A program made the position numbers and the translations under genes. A stretch of DNA of 64,000 bases from an uncultured Alphaproteobacteria bacterium (lineage in GTDB: Bacteria; Pseudomonadota; Alphaproteobacteria; Rhizobiales; Hyphomicrobiaceae): the NCBI GenBank assembly GCA_963840425.1, contig CAWIYZ010000021.1, positions 21,075-85,074 of the forward strand, given 5' to 3'. The notes below the pieces were generated by a model, which saw nothing but the letters and a program-made list of their open reading frames with translations, was not told where the DNA came from and did no database searches. Positions 38,700 to 49,496 of this stretch are shown in pieces; position 1 is the first letter of the stretch, and each line of letters starts with the position of its first letter.

Positions 38700-38771
38700 C
38701 TGGTGTCCCGGTCCCAAAGCTCGTCGGACCTCGCGTCAAGCATTGAACGCATTTCTCGATCATCGCACTAG
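38700..38771. repeat. Degenerate copy of the A-type CTAG-bounded hairpin repeat
   Basis: CTGGTGTCCCGG...GCTCGTCGGACCTCGCG...TTGAACGCATTTCTCGATCATCGCACTAG aligns with the A/B units at 41195-41357 but carries many substitutions. Confidence 0.5.
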
Positions 38772-38816
38772 CTGCATTTGCAACTGCCAGCTGCGCTCGA
38801 CCCCAAAGGCGGGACC

Positions 38817-40262
38817 ATGAGCTCCATTTATCCAGTCATTCTCTCGGGCGGCTCGGGCACGAGGCTCTGGCCGCTTTCGCGATCCATGTATCCCAAGCAG
38901 TTCATTCGTTTCTTCAACGGGCAGGGACTAACCTTTCTCGGCGCAACCCTGCGCAGGCTCAGTTCGGAGGCGGGATTCGGTAACCCGGTCCTCTTGTGCA
39001 ACAACGATCATCGTTTCCTCATCAGCGATGAGCTAGAGCGCGCGGGCGTTACGCCCGAAGCAATCATTCTGGAGCCGGTGGCGCGCAACACAGCTGCAGC
39101 CATTGCGGTTGCCGCGCTCTCCGTCGCTGAGAACGATTCCGAGGGAGTGCTCGTCGTTATGCCCTCGGACCACGTGATCCGCGACGAGGCCGGTTTCGTT
39201 GCGGCCGTGCGTCGAGCTGCCAAGGTGGCGGCCACGGGCAAGCTCGTGCTGTTCGGCATCAAGCCGGACACGGCGCATACCGGCTATGGCTACATTCGCC
39301 GCGGCGCTCCACTCGGTGGATCGGAGGCTGGTGCCTTCAAGGTGGATGCGTTTTTTGAGAAGCCTGATGCCGACACGGCGCGCCGGTATATCGCGGATGG
39401 CAGCTACTATTGGAACAGTGGCATCTTCGTGCTCCATGCCCGTACGTTTTTGAGCGAGCTGGAGCGCTTCGAGCCGCGTATACTCGAAGCCGTCCGCGCG
39501 GCCCTCGCGGGCGCGCAGCATGACCTCGGATTTCTGAGGCTCGACCGTGCTGGTTTTGCCCAGGCCCCCAACATATCGGTCGACTACGCGGTGATGGAGA
39601 AGACATCCGAGGCTGTGATGCTGCCGATCGATGTCGGCTGGAGCGACGTCGGTTCGTGGGCTTCGCTATGGGAAATTGCGGCGCGGGACGAGAAGGGCAA
39701 CTACTCGCGTGGCGAGGCGGTGCTCGAGGACAGCAGCGACCTATACGTGCACAGCGAGCGCGCGCTCGTGGCGACGATCGGGGTCAAGGATCTCATCATC
39801 GTCGATACTCCCGACGCACTGCTGGTCGCCGACAAAGCGCGGGCGCAGGACGTGTCCAAGGTTGTGGCGAAGCTCAAGCAGTCGAACCGCAAGGAGCAGG
39901 AGCAGCACCTGCGAAACTACCGGCCATGGGGCTTTTTTGAAACCCTGTCCATTGGCCCACGCTTCCAGGTCAAGCTGCTGCACGTGAAGCCCGGCGGCAA
40001 GCTCTCCATGCAAATGCACCACCATCGCTCGGAGCATTGGGTCGTCGTCCAGGGCACGGCCAAGGTCTTGGTCGGCGATGTCGAGCAGCTCGTACGGGAG
40101 AATGAGAGCGTTTACATCGTCGCGACCCAATGGCACCGCCTCGAGAACCCCGGCAAGGTGCCGCTCGAGATCATCGAGGTGCAGATCGGCACGTACCTCG
40201 GCGAGGATGACATCATCCGCAGCGATGATGTCTATCATCGCGCTCCGGACGAGACCAAATAG
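38817..40262 (+). CDS. manC: Mannose-1-phosphate guanylyltransferase / mannose-6-phosphate isomerase (bifunctional type II PMI-GMP)
   Basis: ORF 38778-40262; ATG at 38817 (MSSIYPVILSGGSGTRLWPLSR). C-terminal cupin (HHRSEHWVVVQGTAKV...WHRLENPG). Confidence 0.9.
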   Translation: MSSIYPVILSGGSGTRLWPLSRSMYPKQFIRFFNGQGLTFLGATLRRLSSEAGFGNPVLLCNNDHRFLISDELERAGVTPEAIILEPVARNTAAAIAVAALSVAENDSEGVLVVMPSDHVIRDEAGFVAAVRRAAKVAATGKLVLFGIKPDTAHTGYGYIRRGAPLGGSEAGAFKVDAFFEKPDADTARRYIADGSYYWNSGIFVLHARTFLSELERFEPRILEAVRAALAGAQHDLGFLRLDRAGFAQAPNISVDYAVMEKTSEAVMLPIDVGWSDVGSWASLWEIAARDEKGNYSRGEAVLEDSSDLYVHSERALVATIGVKDLIIVDTPDALLVADKARAQDVSKVVAKLKQSNRKEQEQHLRNYRPWGFFETLSIGPRFQVKLLHVKPGGKLSMQMHHHRSEHWVVVQGTAKVLVGDVEQLVRENESVYIVATQWHRLENPGKVPLEIIEVQIGTYLGEDDIIRSDDVYHRAPDETK

Positions 40263-40291
40263 TCAGCTGCAACGAATGCACTGATGCGTCG

Positions 40292-41173
40292 TCAATGCCG
40301 CGTTTCGCCCGGTGCAGTCGAGGCCGTGATGACGGACCCGTCCGCTGCCTGTGCGGGAGGTCCCGCGCTCGCTTCCCATGCGCGCTTTTCATGGGCAAAG
40401 CGCCGATAGCTCAGAGGAATCACAGCCAGATAGAGCAGCGTGACCACGGTCAACGTGCCATAGGGATAGGTCACCAGCAGCCCGACGAGTGCGGCAACGC
40501 CGATCAAGATCGGCAGCACCAGCTCGCGCTCGATGCGTTCGCCCAGCAGCTTGCCCGAATAGGTCGGGATCGTCGAAACCAGCAAGAACGCCATGCACAG
40601 GGTGTAAAGGGCGATGAGCAGCGGGAACGCCCGGACGTCGAAAAAGCCCAGGCCGTTCACATAGAGCGGAAGCAGGACCGTGATGGCTCCGGCCGGCGCC
40701 GGCATGCCGGTAAAGTAATTGGACTGCCACTTGGGTTTGTCGACGTCGAGCATGGCGTTGAAGCGGGCGAGTCTCAGGCCCATGGCGCATGCGAAAACCA
40801 GGGCGGCTATCCAGCCGAAGCCTTTGAGGTCGCCGAGACCCCACGTGAATACGAGCACCGCTGGTGCCACGCCGAAATTGACGAAATCGGCAAGACTGTC
40901 GAGCTCGGCGCCGAAGCGGGACTGTGCCTTGAGCGCGCGCGCGAGACGCCCGTCGACGCCATCGAGCAGCGCCGCAATGACGATCAGCGCCAGAGCCAGC
41001 TCGAGCCGGCTCTCGATGGCCATGCGGATGGCGGTTACGCCCGCGCATAGGCTGAGCAGAGTGAAGAAGTTAGGCAGCAACAGCCGGACAGGAATCTTGC
41101 GATGCCGGAACAACAGGCGCCGCCGGCGCCGGCGTTCGCCCTCCACTAAACTAGGCTCCAATGGCTCGATCAT
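40292..41173 (-). CDS. pssA: CDP-diacylglycerol--serine O-phosphatidyltransferase
   Basis: CDP-alcohol phosphatidyltransferase motif DGVDGRLARALKAQSRFGAELDSLAD; multiple TM helices; downstream of psd. Confidence 0.9.
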   Translation of the reverse strand: MIEPLEPSLVEGERRRRRRLLFRHRKIPVRLLLPNFFTLLSLCAGVTAIRMAIESRLELALALIVIAALLDGVDGRLARALKAQSRFGAELDSLADFVNFGVAPAVLVFTWGLGDLKGFGWIAALVFACAMGLRLARFNAMLDVDKPKWQSNYFTGMPAPAGAITVLLPLYVNGLGFFDVRAFPLLIALYTLCMAFLLVSTIPTYSGKLLGERIERELVLPILIGVAALVGLLVTYPYGTLTVVTLLYLAVIPLSYRRFAHEKRAWEASAGPPAQAADGSVITASTAPGETRH

Positions 41174-41194
41174 TTGCCAGCCTCCACTTGGCCC

Positions 41195-41357
41195 CTAGTG
41201 TCCCGATAGCGAAGTTCGTCGGACTTCGCGGCGAGCACTTAACGAACTTCGCGATCGAAAGGACACTAGCAAGTACCTAATGCTAGTGTGATTCAGATCG
41301 AGAAATTTGCTCACGCACCTGCTGCGAATACCGGCGAATTTCTCGATCATCACACTA
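41195..41357. repeat. REPIN-like double-hairpin repeat dimer (A unit 41195-41269, 13-nt spacer, B unit 41283-41357)
   Basis: Each 75-76-bp unit is a near-perfect palindrome bounded by CTAG(TGT). The dimer fills the psd-pssA intercistronic gap and is the reverse complement of the dimer at 42127-42291. Confidence 0.9.
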
Positions 41358-41371
41358 CCGGTCATGTTCCT

Positions 41372-42118
41372 TCAGGTGACCCGCGCCTCGCGTTCCGGCT
41401 CATCCGATTTGAGATCGGCCAGCACGGTTTCTCCACCCACCGCGCGCTGTCCGACGGCGGCCAGCGTGCCGCGCCCTGGCGGAAGATACAGGTCGACACG
41501 GCTGCCGAAGCGTATGAGGCCGATTCGCTCGCCGACGCCGACAGCCGCGCCCTCGTCCTTGAAACCGACAATGCGGCGGGCAATGAGGCCGGCGATCTGG
41601 ACGACGGCAATCTCGTCGCCACCGGGTGTGGCGATCACCAGCGCGCGCCGCTCGTTGTCCTCGCTCGCCTTGTCGAGAGCGGCATTGAGGAACAAACCGG
41701 GGATATAAATCGCCCGCTCGATGCGGCCTGCCACTGGCGAGCGGTTGATGTGTACGTCGAAGACGGAAAGGAAGATGGAGATGCGCACGCGCTCGCTGTC
41801 TCCCAACCCAAGCTCGGCCGGAGGACGAACGCGCTCGATGCGCTGGATTTTGCCGTCCGCTGGCGCGATCACCAGGCCCTCGCGCAGCGGAGTTACACGG
41901 TCGGGATCGCGAAAGAAGTAGGCGATATAGATCGAGGCAACGACCAGGATCCACGCCAGCGGTGGCCATATGAAGAAGAACAGGAGCATCAGTCCAAGGC
42001 TGATCGCCAGGAACTTGTGCCCGTCGCGGTGGACGGGGGCGAGCGTCGAAGTGATGGTGTCAAAGAGGCCGTGGCGGTCGTTCAAAGGCGGCTCCGTAGG
42101 CGGCAGTGCCCGATCCAT
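41372..42118 (-). CDS. psd: Phosphatidylserine decarboxylase proenzyme (short alphaproteobacterial type)
   Basis: The FGSRVD self-cleavage (G-S) motif and the HINRSPV segment. A start at ATG 42118 has no obvious RBS. An alternative TTG at 42085 lies 6 nt downstream of GGAG. Confidence 0.85.
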   Translation of the reverse strand: MDRALPPTEPPLNDRHGLFDTITSTLAPVHRDGHKFLAISLGLMLLFFFIWPPLAWILVVASIYIAYFFRDPDRVTPLREGLVIAPADGKIQRIERVRPPAELGLGDSERVRISIFLSVFDVHINRSPVAGRIERAIYIPGLFLNAALDKASEDNERRALVIATPGGDEIAVVQIAGLIARRIVGFKDEGAAVGVGERIGLIRFGSRVDLYLPPGRGTLAAVGQRAVGGETVLADLKSDEPEREARVT

Positions 42119-42126
42119 ACAGGGCG

Positions 42127-42291
42127 CTAGTGTGATGATCGAGAAATTCGCCGATATTCGCTGCCAGACTGTAAGCGAATTTCTCGATCTGAATCACACT
42201 AGAATCCCAAAGCTTGCTAGTGTCCTTTCGATCGCGAAGTTCGTTCAACGGTTGCTGCGAATTCCGGCGAACTTCGCGATCGGGACACTAG
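42127..42291. repeat. REPIN-like double-hairpin repeat dimer (B unit 42127-42202, 14-nt spacer, A unit 42217-42291)
   Basis: Same family as 41195-41357 but in inverted orientation. It starts 9 nt upstream of the psd ATG. Confidence 0.9.
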
Positions 42292-42367
42292 CTTCGCGGC
42301 TGATTGGTAGCGGGACGCTGTTCAGCCGGCAACCCCTCGGCGGGGCCTCCTCGTTGACAAGAACGAC

Positions 42368-43855
42368 TTATTCAATCGGCACGGCGACGAAGCGCATCTC
42401 GCCCTTGGCATCCTCGACGCGGAGCAGGACAGCCTTGCGGCCGGCCTTGCGCACCTTCTCGATGCCCTTGGTGACGTCCTCCACCGTGGCCACTGCTTCC
42501 TGGGCAGCTTCGACGATGGCGTCACCGACCTTGATGCCCTTCCGCGCAGCCTGACTGGCAGCGTCAATCTCCGTGACAACAAGGCCTTTCACTTTCTTGT
42601 CGAAGCCGTACTTCTGGCGCAGCTCATCGGTCAGCGGCGCAAGCTTCATGCCGATCAGCGCCTGGCCTGGCGCAGGCGTAGTCTTGTCGTCGCTCTTCTT
42701 GGATGCATCGTCCGGGTCGGCATCCTCTTGCAACCGGCCGATGGCGAGCTTGAACGACTTCTTCTCGCCCTTGCGCAGCACCTCGACGTCGACCTGCTTG
42801 CCGATGGGCGTCTGCGACACCATGCGCGGCAACCCGCGCATGGTGGAAACCTCCTTGCCGTCGAACTTGGTAATCACGTCTCCCGCTTGTATGCCGGCCT
42901 TGGCGGCTGGGCTGTCGGCTGTCACCCCGGCGACCAGGGCGCCGGTGTTCTCTTTCACTCCCACCGACTCGGCGATGTCCTCGGTCACCGACTGAATCCT
43001 GACGCCGAGCCAGCCGCGGCGCGTCTCGCCGAACTGCTTGAGCTGGTCGATCACGGCCACGGCGGTATCGGCAGGCACGGCAAACCCGATGCCGATGGAG
43101 CCTCCCGTCGGCGAGATGATCGCCGTATTTACGCCGATGACCTCGCCGTCCATGTTGAACAGCGGACCGCCGGAATTGCCTTTGTTGATGGCCGCATCCG
43201 TTTGCAGGTAGTCGTCATACGGGCCCGAGTTGATGTCACGCTGCTTGGCGGAAATGATGCCGACCGTGACCGAGCCGCCGAGGCCGAACGGATTGCCGAT
43301 GGCCATTACCCAGTCGCCGACCTTCAAGTTCGCGGAATTGCCGAACGTCGCCGCCGGCAGCGGCTTCTTGGGCGTCACCTTGAGCAGCGCCAGATCAGTC
43401 TTGGTGTCCTTGCCGATCACCTTGTCGACCTTCAGCTTGCTGCCGTCGTTGAAGTTGATGATGATCTCGTCCGCACCTTCGATGACGTGGTTGTTGGTGA
43501 CGACGAGGCCTTCCTTGCCGTCGATGACGAAGCCCGAGCCCAAGGATGACACCTTGCGGTCGGTCTGCGGGCGGCCCTTGCGATTGAAGAAGTCCTCGAA
43601 GAATTCCTCGAAGGGCGAGCCTTTCGGAACGTTCGGCAGCGGCACGCCCTGTGCGCCTTTGACCGTCTGGCTGGTGGAGATGTTGACCACCGCATCGATC
43701 AGCTTTTCCGCAATGGGCGCGACCGACTGCGGGCCGACGCGACCCTGTGCGTAGAGCGACGGCACGGCCGCAACCGTGAGGAGCACAGCGGCGGTGAGCT
43801 TCACTCTATGAGCCGTGGCCCGCTTGCGAACAATCGTCGGCGTCATTGACGTCAT
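42368..43855 (-). CDS. degP: DegP/HtrA (Do family) periplasmic serine endoprotease with two PDZ domains
   Basis: ORF 42368-43966; ATG at 43855 gives a signal peptide (…LLTVAAVPSLYA). Catalytic motifs TNNHVIEG and GNSGGPLFN, followed by two PDZ-like segments. Confidence 0.85.
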   Translation of the reverse strand: MTSMTPTIVRKRATAHRVKLTAAVLLTVAAVPSLYAQGRVGPQSVAPIAEKLIDAVVNISTSQTVKGAQGVPLPNVPKGSPFEEFFEDFFNRKGRPQTDRKVSSLGSGFVIDGKEGLVVTNNHVIEGADEIIINFNDGSKLKVDKVIGKDTKTDLALLKVTPKKPLPAATFGNSANLKVGDWVMAIGNPFGLGGSVTVGIISAKQRDINSGPYDDYLQTDAAINKGNSGGPLFNMDGEVIGVNTAIISPTGGSIGIGFAVPADTAVAVIDQLKQFGETRRGWLGVRIQSVTEDIAESVGVKENTGALVAGVTADSPAAKAGIQAGDVITKFDGKEVSTMRGLPRMVSQTPIGKQVDVEVLRKGEKKSFKLAIGRLQEDADPDDASKKSDDKTTPAPGQALIGMKLAPLTDELRQKYGFDKKVKGLVVTEIDAASQAARKGIKVGDAIVEAAQEAVATVEDVTKGIEKVRKAGRKAVLLRVEDAKGEMRFVAVPIE

Positions 43856-44110
43856 GATTTCCCCAGGATCGAGGGCTAAAACCTTTACGGAGGCTCGCCT
43901 ATCCATCAGGCCGAAACTGGCACCTGTCAACGGCGGGACTGAGGCGGGCAGGCAATCCGCCCTCACGCTACGGTGAAGATGGGTGGTTCCGTCACGCCCC
44001 TATTGCACGCGACGCGGCGAAAGCCCGGCGATGCCACGAAAATATGCAGAGGGCTGCGTAAGCACGCGCCACGCGAGCCCGTCATACGCAAGTTGCCTTG
44101 CCCGGCATGA

Positions 44111-45160
<1,050 letters not shown>

Positions 45161-45378
45161 GGGTTTTTCGCCCGCGGTGGGCTGGCTCCAATGTTTCGCA
45201 TCGGCTACCGCATGATGTGGGGCCGGTGCCGTATGGATTGCGGTAGTGATGCGCTATGTTGCGGCATGTTATGCTGCACTGCACACTATGCTAGGTGCAG
45301 TCGTTGATCATCTGGCATACTGTATGCCAGAAAAGAGCGTCTGAACCGCGCCGACGCAACGACTGAAGGGGTGCCTCC

Positions 45379-46578
<1,200 letters not shown>

Positions 46579-46581
46579 CCC

Positions 46582-47481
46582 ATGGCCATCCTCGTCGATA
46601 AGAACACCAAGGTCATCTGCCAGGGCATCACCGGCAGCCAGGGCACGTTCCACACGCGCCAGGCGGTCGAGTACGGCACGCAGGTCGTCGGCGGTATCTC
46701 ACCGGGCAAGGGTGGCTCCAGGCACCCCGACGAGGTGCTGGCCTCGGTGCCGATCTTCGACACAGTGTTGGAGGCCAAGAAGAAAACCGGCGCCACCGCC
46801 ACCTCGATCTACGTGCCGCCGCCATTCGCGGGCGACGCCATCCTCGAGGCCATCGACGCCGAGATCCCGCTCATCGTCTGCATCACCGAGGGCATCCCGG
46901 TGATGGATATGGTCAAGGTCAAGCGTGCGCTCTCGGGCTCCTGGTCGCGGCTGATCGGCCCGAACTGTCCCGGCGTGCTGACGCCCAACGCCTGCAAGAT
47001 CGGCATCATGCCGGGCAACATCTTCAAGAAAGGCAACGTCGGCATCGTCTCGCGCTCCGGCACGCTCACCTACGAGGCCGTCAAGCAGAGCTCCGACGTG
47101 GGCCTCGGCCAGTCGACCGCCGTCGGCATCGGCGGCGATCCGGTCAAGGGCACCGAGTTCATCGACGTGCTGGAGATGTTCCTGGCCGACCCTGACACGC
47201 ATTCCATCATCATGATCGGGGAGATCGGCGGCTCGGCCGAGGAGAACGCCGCCGACTTCATCAAGCGAGAGGCCGCCAAGGGTCGCAAGAAACCGATGGT
47301 CGGCTTCATCGCCGGCGTTACAGCGCCACCGGGCCGCCGCATGGGCCACGCGGGCGCCATCATCTCCGGCGGCAAAGGCAAGGCCGAGGACAAGCTCGAG
47401 GCCATGCGCTCAGCCGGCATCACCGTCGCCGACAGCCCCGCCGCCATGGGCACGACCTTGGCCAAGGTGCTGAAGGGCTGA
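46582..47481 (+). CDS. sucD: Succinate--CoA ligase subunit alpha
   Basis: [24 protein letters not shown]; active-site His context [15 protein letters not shown]. Confidence 0.95.
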   Translation: MAILVDKNTKVICQGITGSQGTFHTRQAVEYGTQVVGGISPGKGGSRHPDEVLASVPIFDTVLEAKKKTGATATSIYVPPPFAGDAILEAIDAEIPLIVCITEGIPVMDMVKVKRALSGSWSRLIGPNCPGVLTPNACKIGIMPGNIFKKGNVGIVSRSGTLTYEAVKQSSDVGLGQSTAVGIGGDPVKGTEFIDVLEMFLADPDTHSIIMIGEIGGSAEENAADFIKREAAKGRKKPMVGFIAGVTAPPGRRMGHAGAIISGGKGKAEDKLEAMRSAGITVADSPAAMGTTLAKVLKG

Positions 47482-47601
47482 GCCTTCTGCTGCGGGCGAA
47501 CCAACGCGACGCTTTTGAGCGCATGAACATGGCGCTCAAGAAGATGCGTGAGACGCCGCCTAAGGCGCACGCGGAAATGGTGAAGCGGGAGAAGGCTGCA
47601 A

Positions 47602-47701
47602 GAATCACACTAGAATATTGATTTGGCTACTGTCCTTCAGATCGCGAAATTCGTTCCGGGCCCGCCGCACAAAAAGACGAATTTCGCGATCAGGACACTA
47701 G
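47602..47701. repeat. Partial REPIN-like dimer (12-bp terminal remnant of a B unit 47602-47613, 13-nt spacer, A-type unit 47627-47701)
   Basis: GAATCACACTAG, then CTACTGTCCTTCAGATCGCGAAATTCGT...ACGAATTTCGCGATCAGGACACTAG. The stem sequence is intermediate between the A and B types. Confidence 0.8.
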
Positions 47702-47973
47702 CGGCAGCAGCATCTGTAGCTGTAGGCGCGATAACGCGGGCGGTAGCGACGAGTATGTGTGTAGTAGTCTGCGGCGGCGTAGTTCCAGGCGGGGCCTCGA
47801 AATTGGTAGTCGCAGTTTGGCCCGTGCACGGCGTAGTCACCGTAGCTCCTGTACCAGTCCCAGCCGAAGTCAATGCTCCTGTACCAGTGTCGGCCGAAGG
47901 CACTAGCTTCGGTATTGCCCAATACAACGGTGCAGCTCACTGCGCACAATGCGAGCAGGAAAAGGCGGCGCAT
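47698..47973 (-). CDS. Small secreted Tyr/Trp/Arg-rich protein of unknown function
   Basis: ORF 47698-47985. The second ATG (47973) is preceded by a GGGGG tract and gives the signal peptide MRRLFLLALCAVSCTVVLGNTEASA. The mature ~66 aa contain many Y/W/R residues and end in CCCR. The stop codon lies inside the terminal CTAG of the adjacent repeat. Confidence 0.45.
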   Translation of the reverse strand: MRRLFLLALCAVSCTVVLGNTEASAFGRHWYRSIDFGWDWYRSYGDYAVHGPNCDYQFRGPAWNYAAADYYTHTRRYRPRYRAYSYRCCCR

Positions 47974-48228
47974 CTTGACCCCCATCTCTTTTCATAGGCT
48001 GTGAGGTGATTCGCCGGTCGAGTAAAGCCCGCTTGCCTGGGTGAGCGCACGAGCTGTGGCGCCTATGCCCTGTGCAGCGCTGGTGCTCGGCGCAAGAGCC
48101 CACCGTTGTGTGGAGAACCGCTCACGTTTCCGTGTGCACGGAAATAGAAGCCGGATGGAACCCGTTGTTGCGGCAGGCTGTAGCCTAGCCCGGTCGCGCG
48201 CGCTTACTTCTACCCGTGGAGGGCGGCG

Positions 48229-48280
48229 GGGACAGCGGTGCCTTTGGAGGCAATCGCACTGCTGTCCCTTGCTTTGTGTT
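48229..48280 (+). terminator. Orphan intrinsic-terminator-like hairpin
   Basis: A 13-bp stem (48229-48241 / 48256-48268, one G-U pair), a 14-nt loop, then TTGCTTTGTGTT. No plus-strand CDS lies upstream of it. Confidence 0.3.
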
Positions 48281-48631
48281 CCATCCCCCCGCAGCCAGAA
48301 TTCGGCGCCATGAATTGCCCCACCACGGTAGAGGCGGACACCGCAGCCAGGGGTTCTCGCCTCTGGATGGCATCTTCCGCGATTGGTTGGGGAACTAGTG
48401 CCGCAGGCAGCGTGTTCTATTGGCAAGTGCAATGCGCCAGTCGAGTAGAGCACATTCCTTGGCGGGCAAAGCAAGACGGCGGCCGACAGGCAATCGCAAC
48501 GCCGTCCTTTGCTATTTTGGCGCCGGCAATCCCGCGCCTACCTCGCGTGAAGTCCAGCCCCGTGCCTGGACAGCCACGCGCGAATTCACTATCGGCACCT
48601 CTCCTCAACAGGACAAGGCTCGAAACCACAG

Positions 48632-49024
48632 ATGAACTTCCTGCGCCCCTACGCCCCGCAACTCCTCAGCGTCCTGCGCATCATGTCGGGGCTGCTGCTC
48701 CTGCAGCACGGTACCACCAAGTACCTGAGCCTGCCCCCGAGCCAGATGAGCAACATCTCTCCGATGACCATGGCCGGCGCTGCCGGCATCCTCGAGTTGA
48801 TCGGCGGCGTCCTGCTCGTCATCGGCCTCTTCACGCGGTGCACCGCCTTCATCCTCTCCGGCATGTGCGCGGTTGCCTATTTCTATGCTCATGCCGGCCG
48901 CGGCTTCTTTCCAATCCTCAATGGCGGTGAGCTTGCGGTCCTCTACAGCTTCGTCTTCCTCTATCTCGCTGCTGCCGGCGGCGGACCTTGGAGCGTGGAC
49001 GCCAAGCGCGGCCAGCCGGACTAG
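48632..49024 (+). CDS. DoxX family membrane protein
   Basis: 130 aa with four TM helices and a DoxX-like N-terminus (LLSVLRIMSGLLLLQHGTTK). Confidence 0.75.
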   Translation: MNFLRPYAPQLLSVLRIMSGLLLLQHGTTKYLSLPPSQMSNISPMTMAGAAGILELIGGVLLVIGLFTRCTAFILSGMCAVAYFYAHAGRGFFPILNGGELAVLYSFVFLYLAAAGGGPWSVDAKRGQPD

Positions 49025-49089
49025 GTCAAGCGCACTGCGCCACCCGTCGCGGCCGAGCCGCGCTCACGGCAGTCGAGTTCGGCGTGTGC

Positions 49090-49165
49090 GTGCCGAAGAT
49101 GCACTTCGAACCCTATCGAATTTTCTTCCCCTCCCCCCTTGCGGGGGGAGGGTTAGGGTGGGGGT
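49090..49165. repeat. GC-hairpin intergenic repeat (CCCCTCCCCCC-TTGC-GGGGGGAGGG type)
   Basis: GTGCCGAAGATG...CCCCTCCCCCCTTGCGGGGGGAGGGTTAGGGTGGGGG. A second copy at 55461-55533 shares the same leader and hairpin. Confidence 0.8.
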
Positions 49166-49496
49166 AAGCCGCGAGCGTGGCGCTTGCCTCTTCACCCCGC
49201 CCTCAACATCGTTGCCGCTTTGCGATCGAGAGACTGTGCGTTGAGGGCGCCCTCCCCGTCGTGTCGACGACACACCTAAGACATGCTTCCAGCATGAGGG
49301 GGGTGCTCAGAGCGCTGCGCCGAGCATGAGGCTTGCCTGAGACTGCCCTTGATTCGGGCACGCTCCTCCCGTCTTAAAACGGCATTCTGCCTGTACTAAA
49401 TGCGAAGGTGTGGTAGTTAGGCGCGCCATCCCGGGCGCTTCGTCGTGTTGCGTGCCACCTGCCCAGCCGCTCCATCGAACGGGACCAAGCTCCGAT

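Noticed and set aside
41288-42248. Short ORFs translated from the repeats (for example MIQIEKFAH..., MNELRDRKDTSKLWDSSVIQIEKF..., and MPGLEQDRFGLNHF... at 63762-63950).
   Set aside because: Their apparent conservation is explained by the nucleotide-level repeat. They use non-ATG starts, lack an RBS and read in both directions through palindromes.
41195-42291. Possibility that the clustered CTAG repeats form a CRISPR array.
   Set aside because: The units are self-complementary palindromes occurring in both orientations, with only two per cluster. The intervening sequence is a housekeeping gene (psd), not short unique spacers. No cas genes are present.
48238-48930. 230-aa plus-strand ORF.
   Set aside because: It overlaps the DoxX gene in another frame, is Pro/Arg/Ala-rich, and begins inside the terminator-like hairpin.
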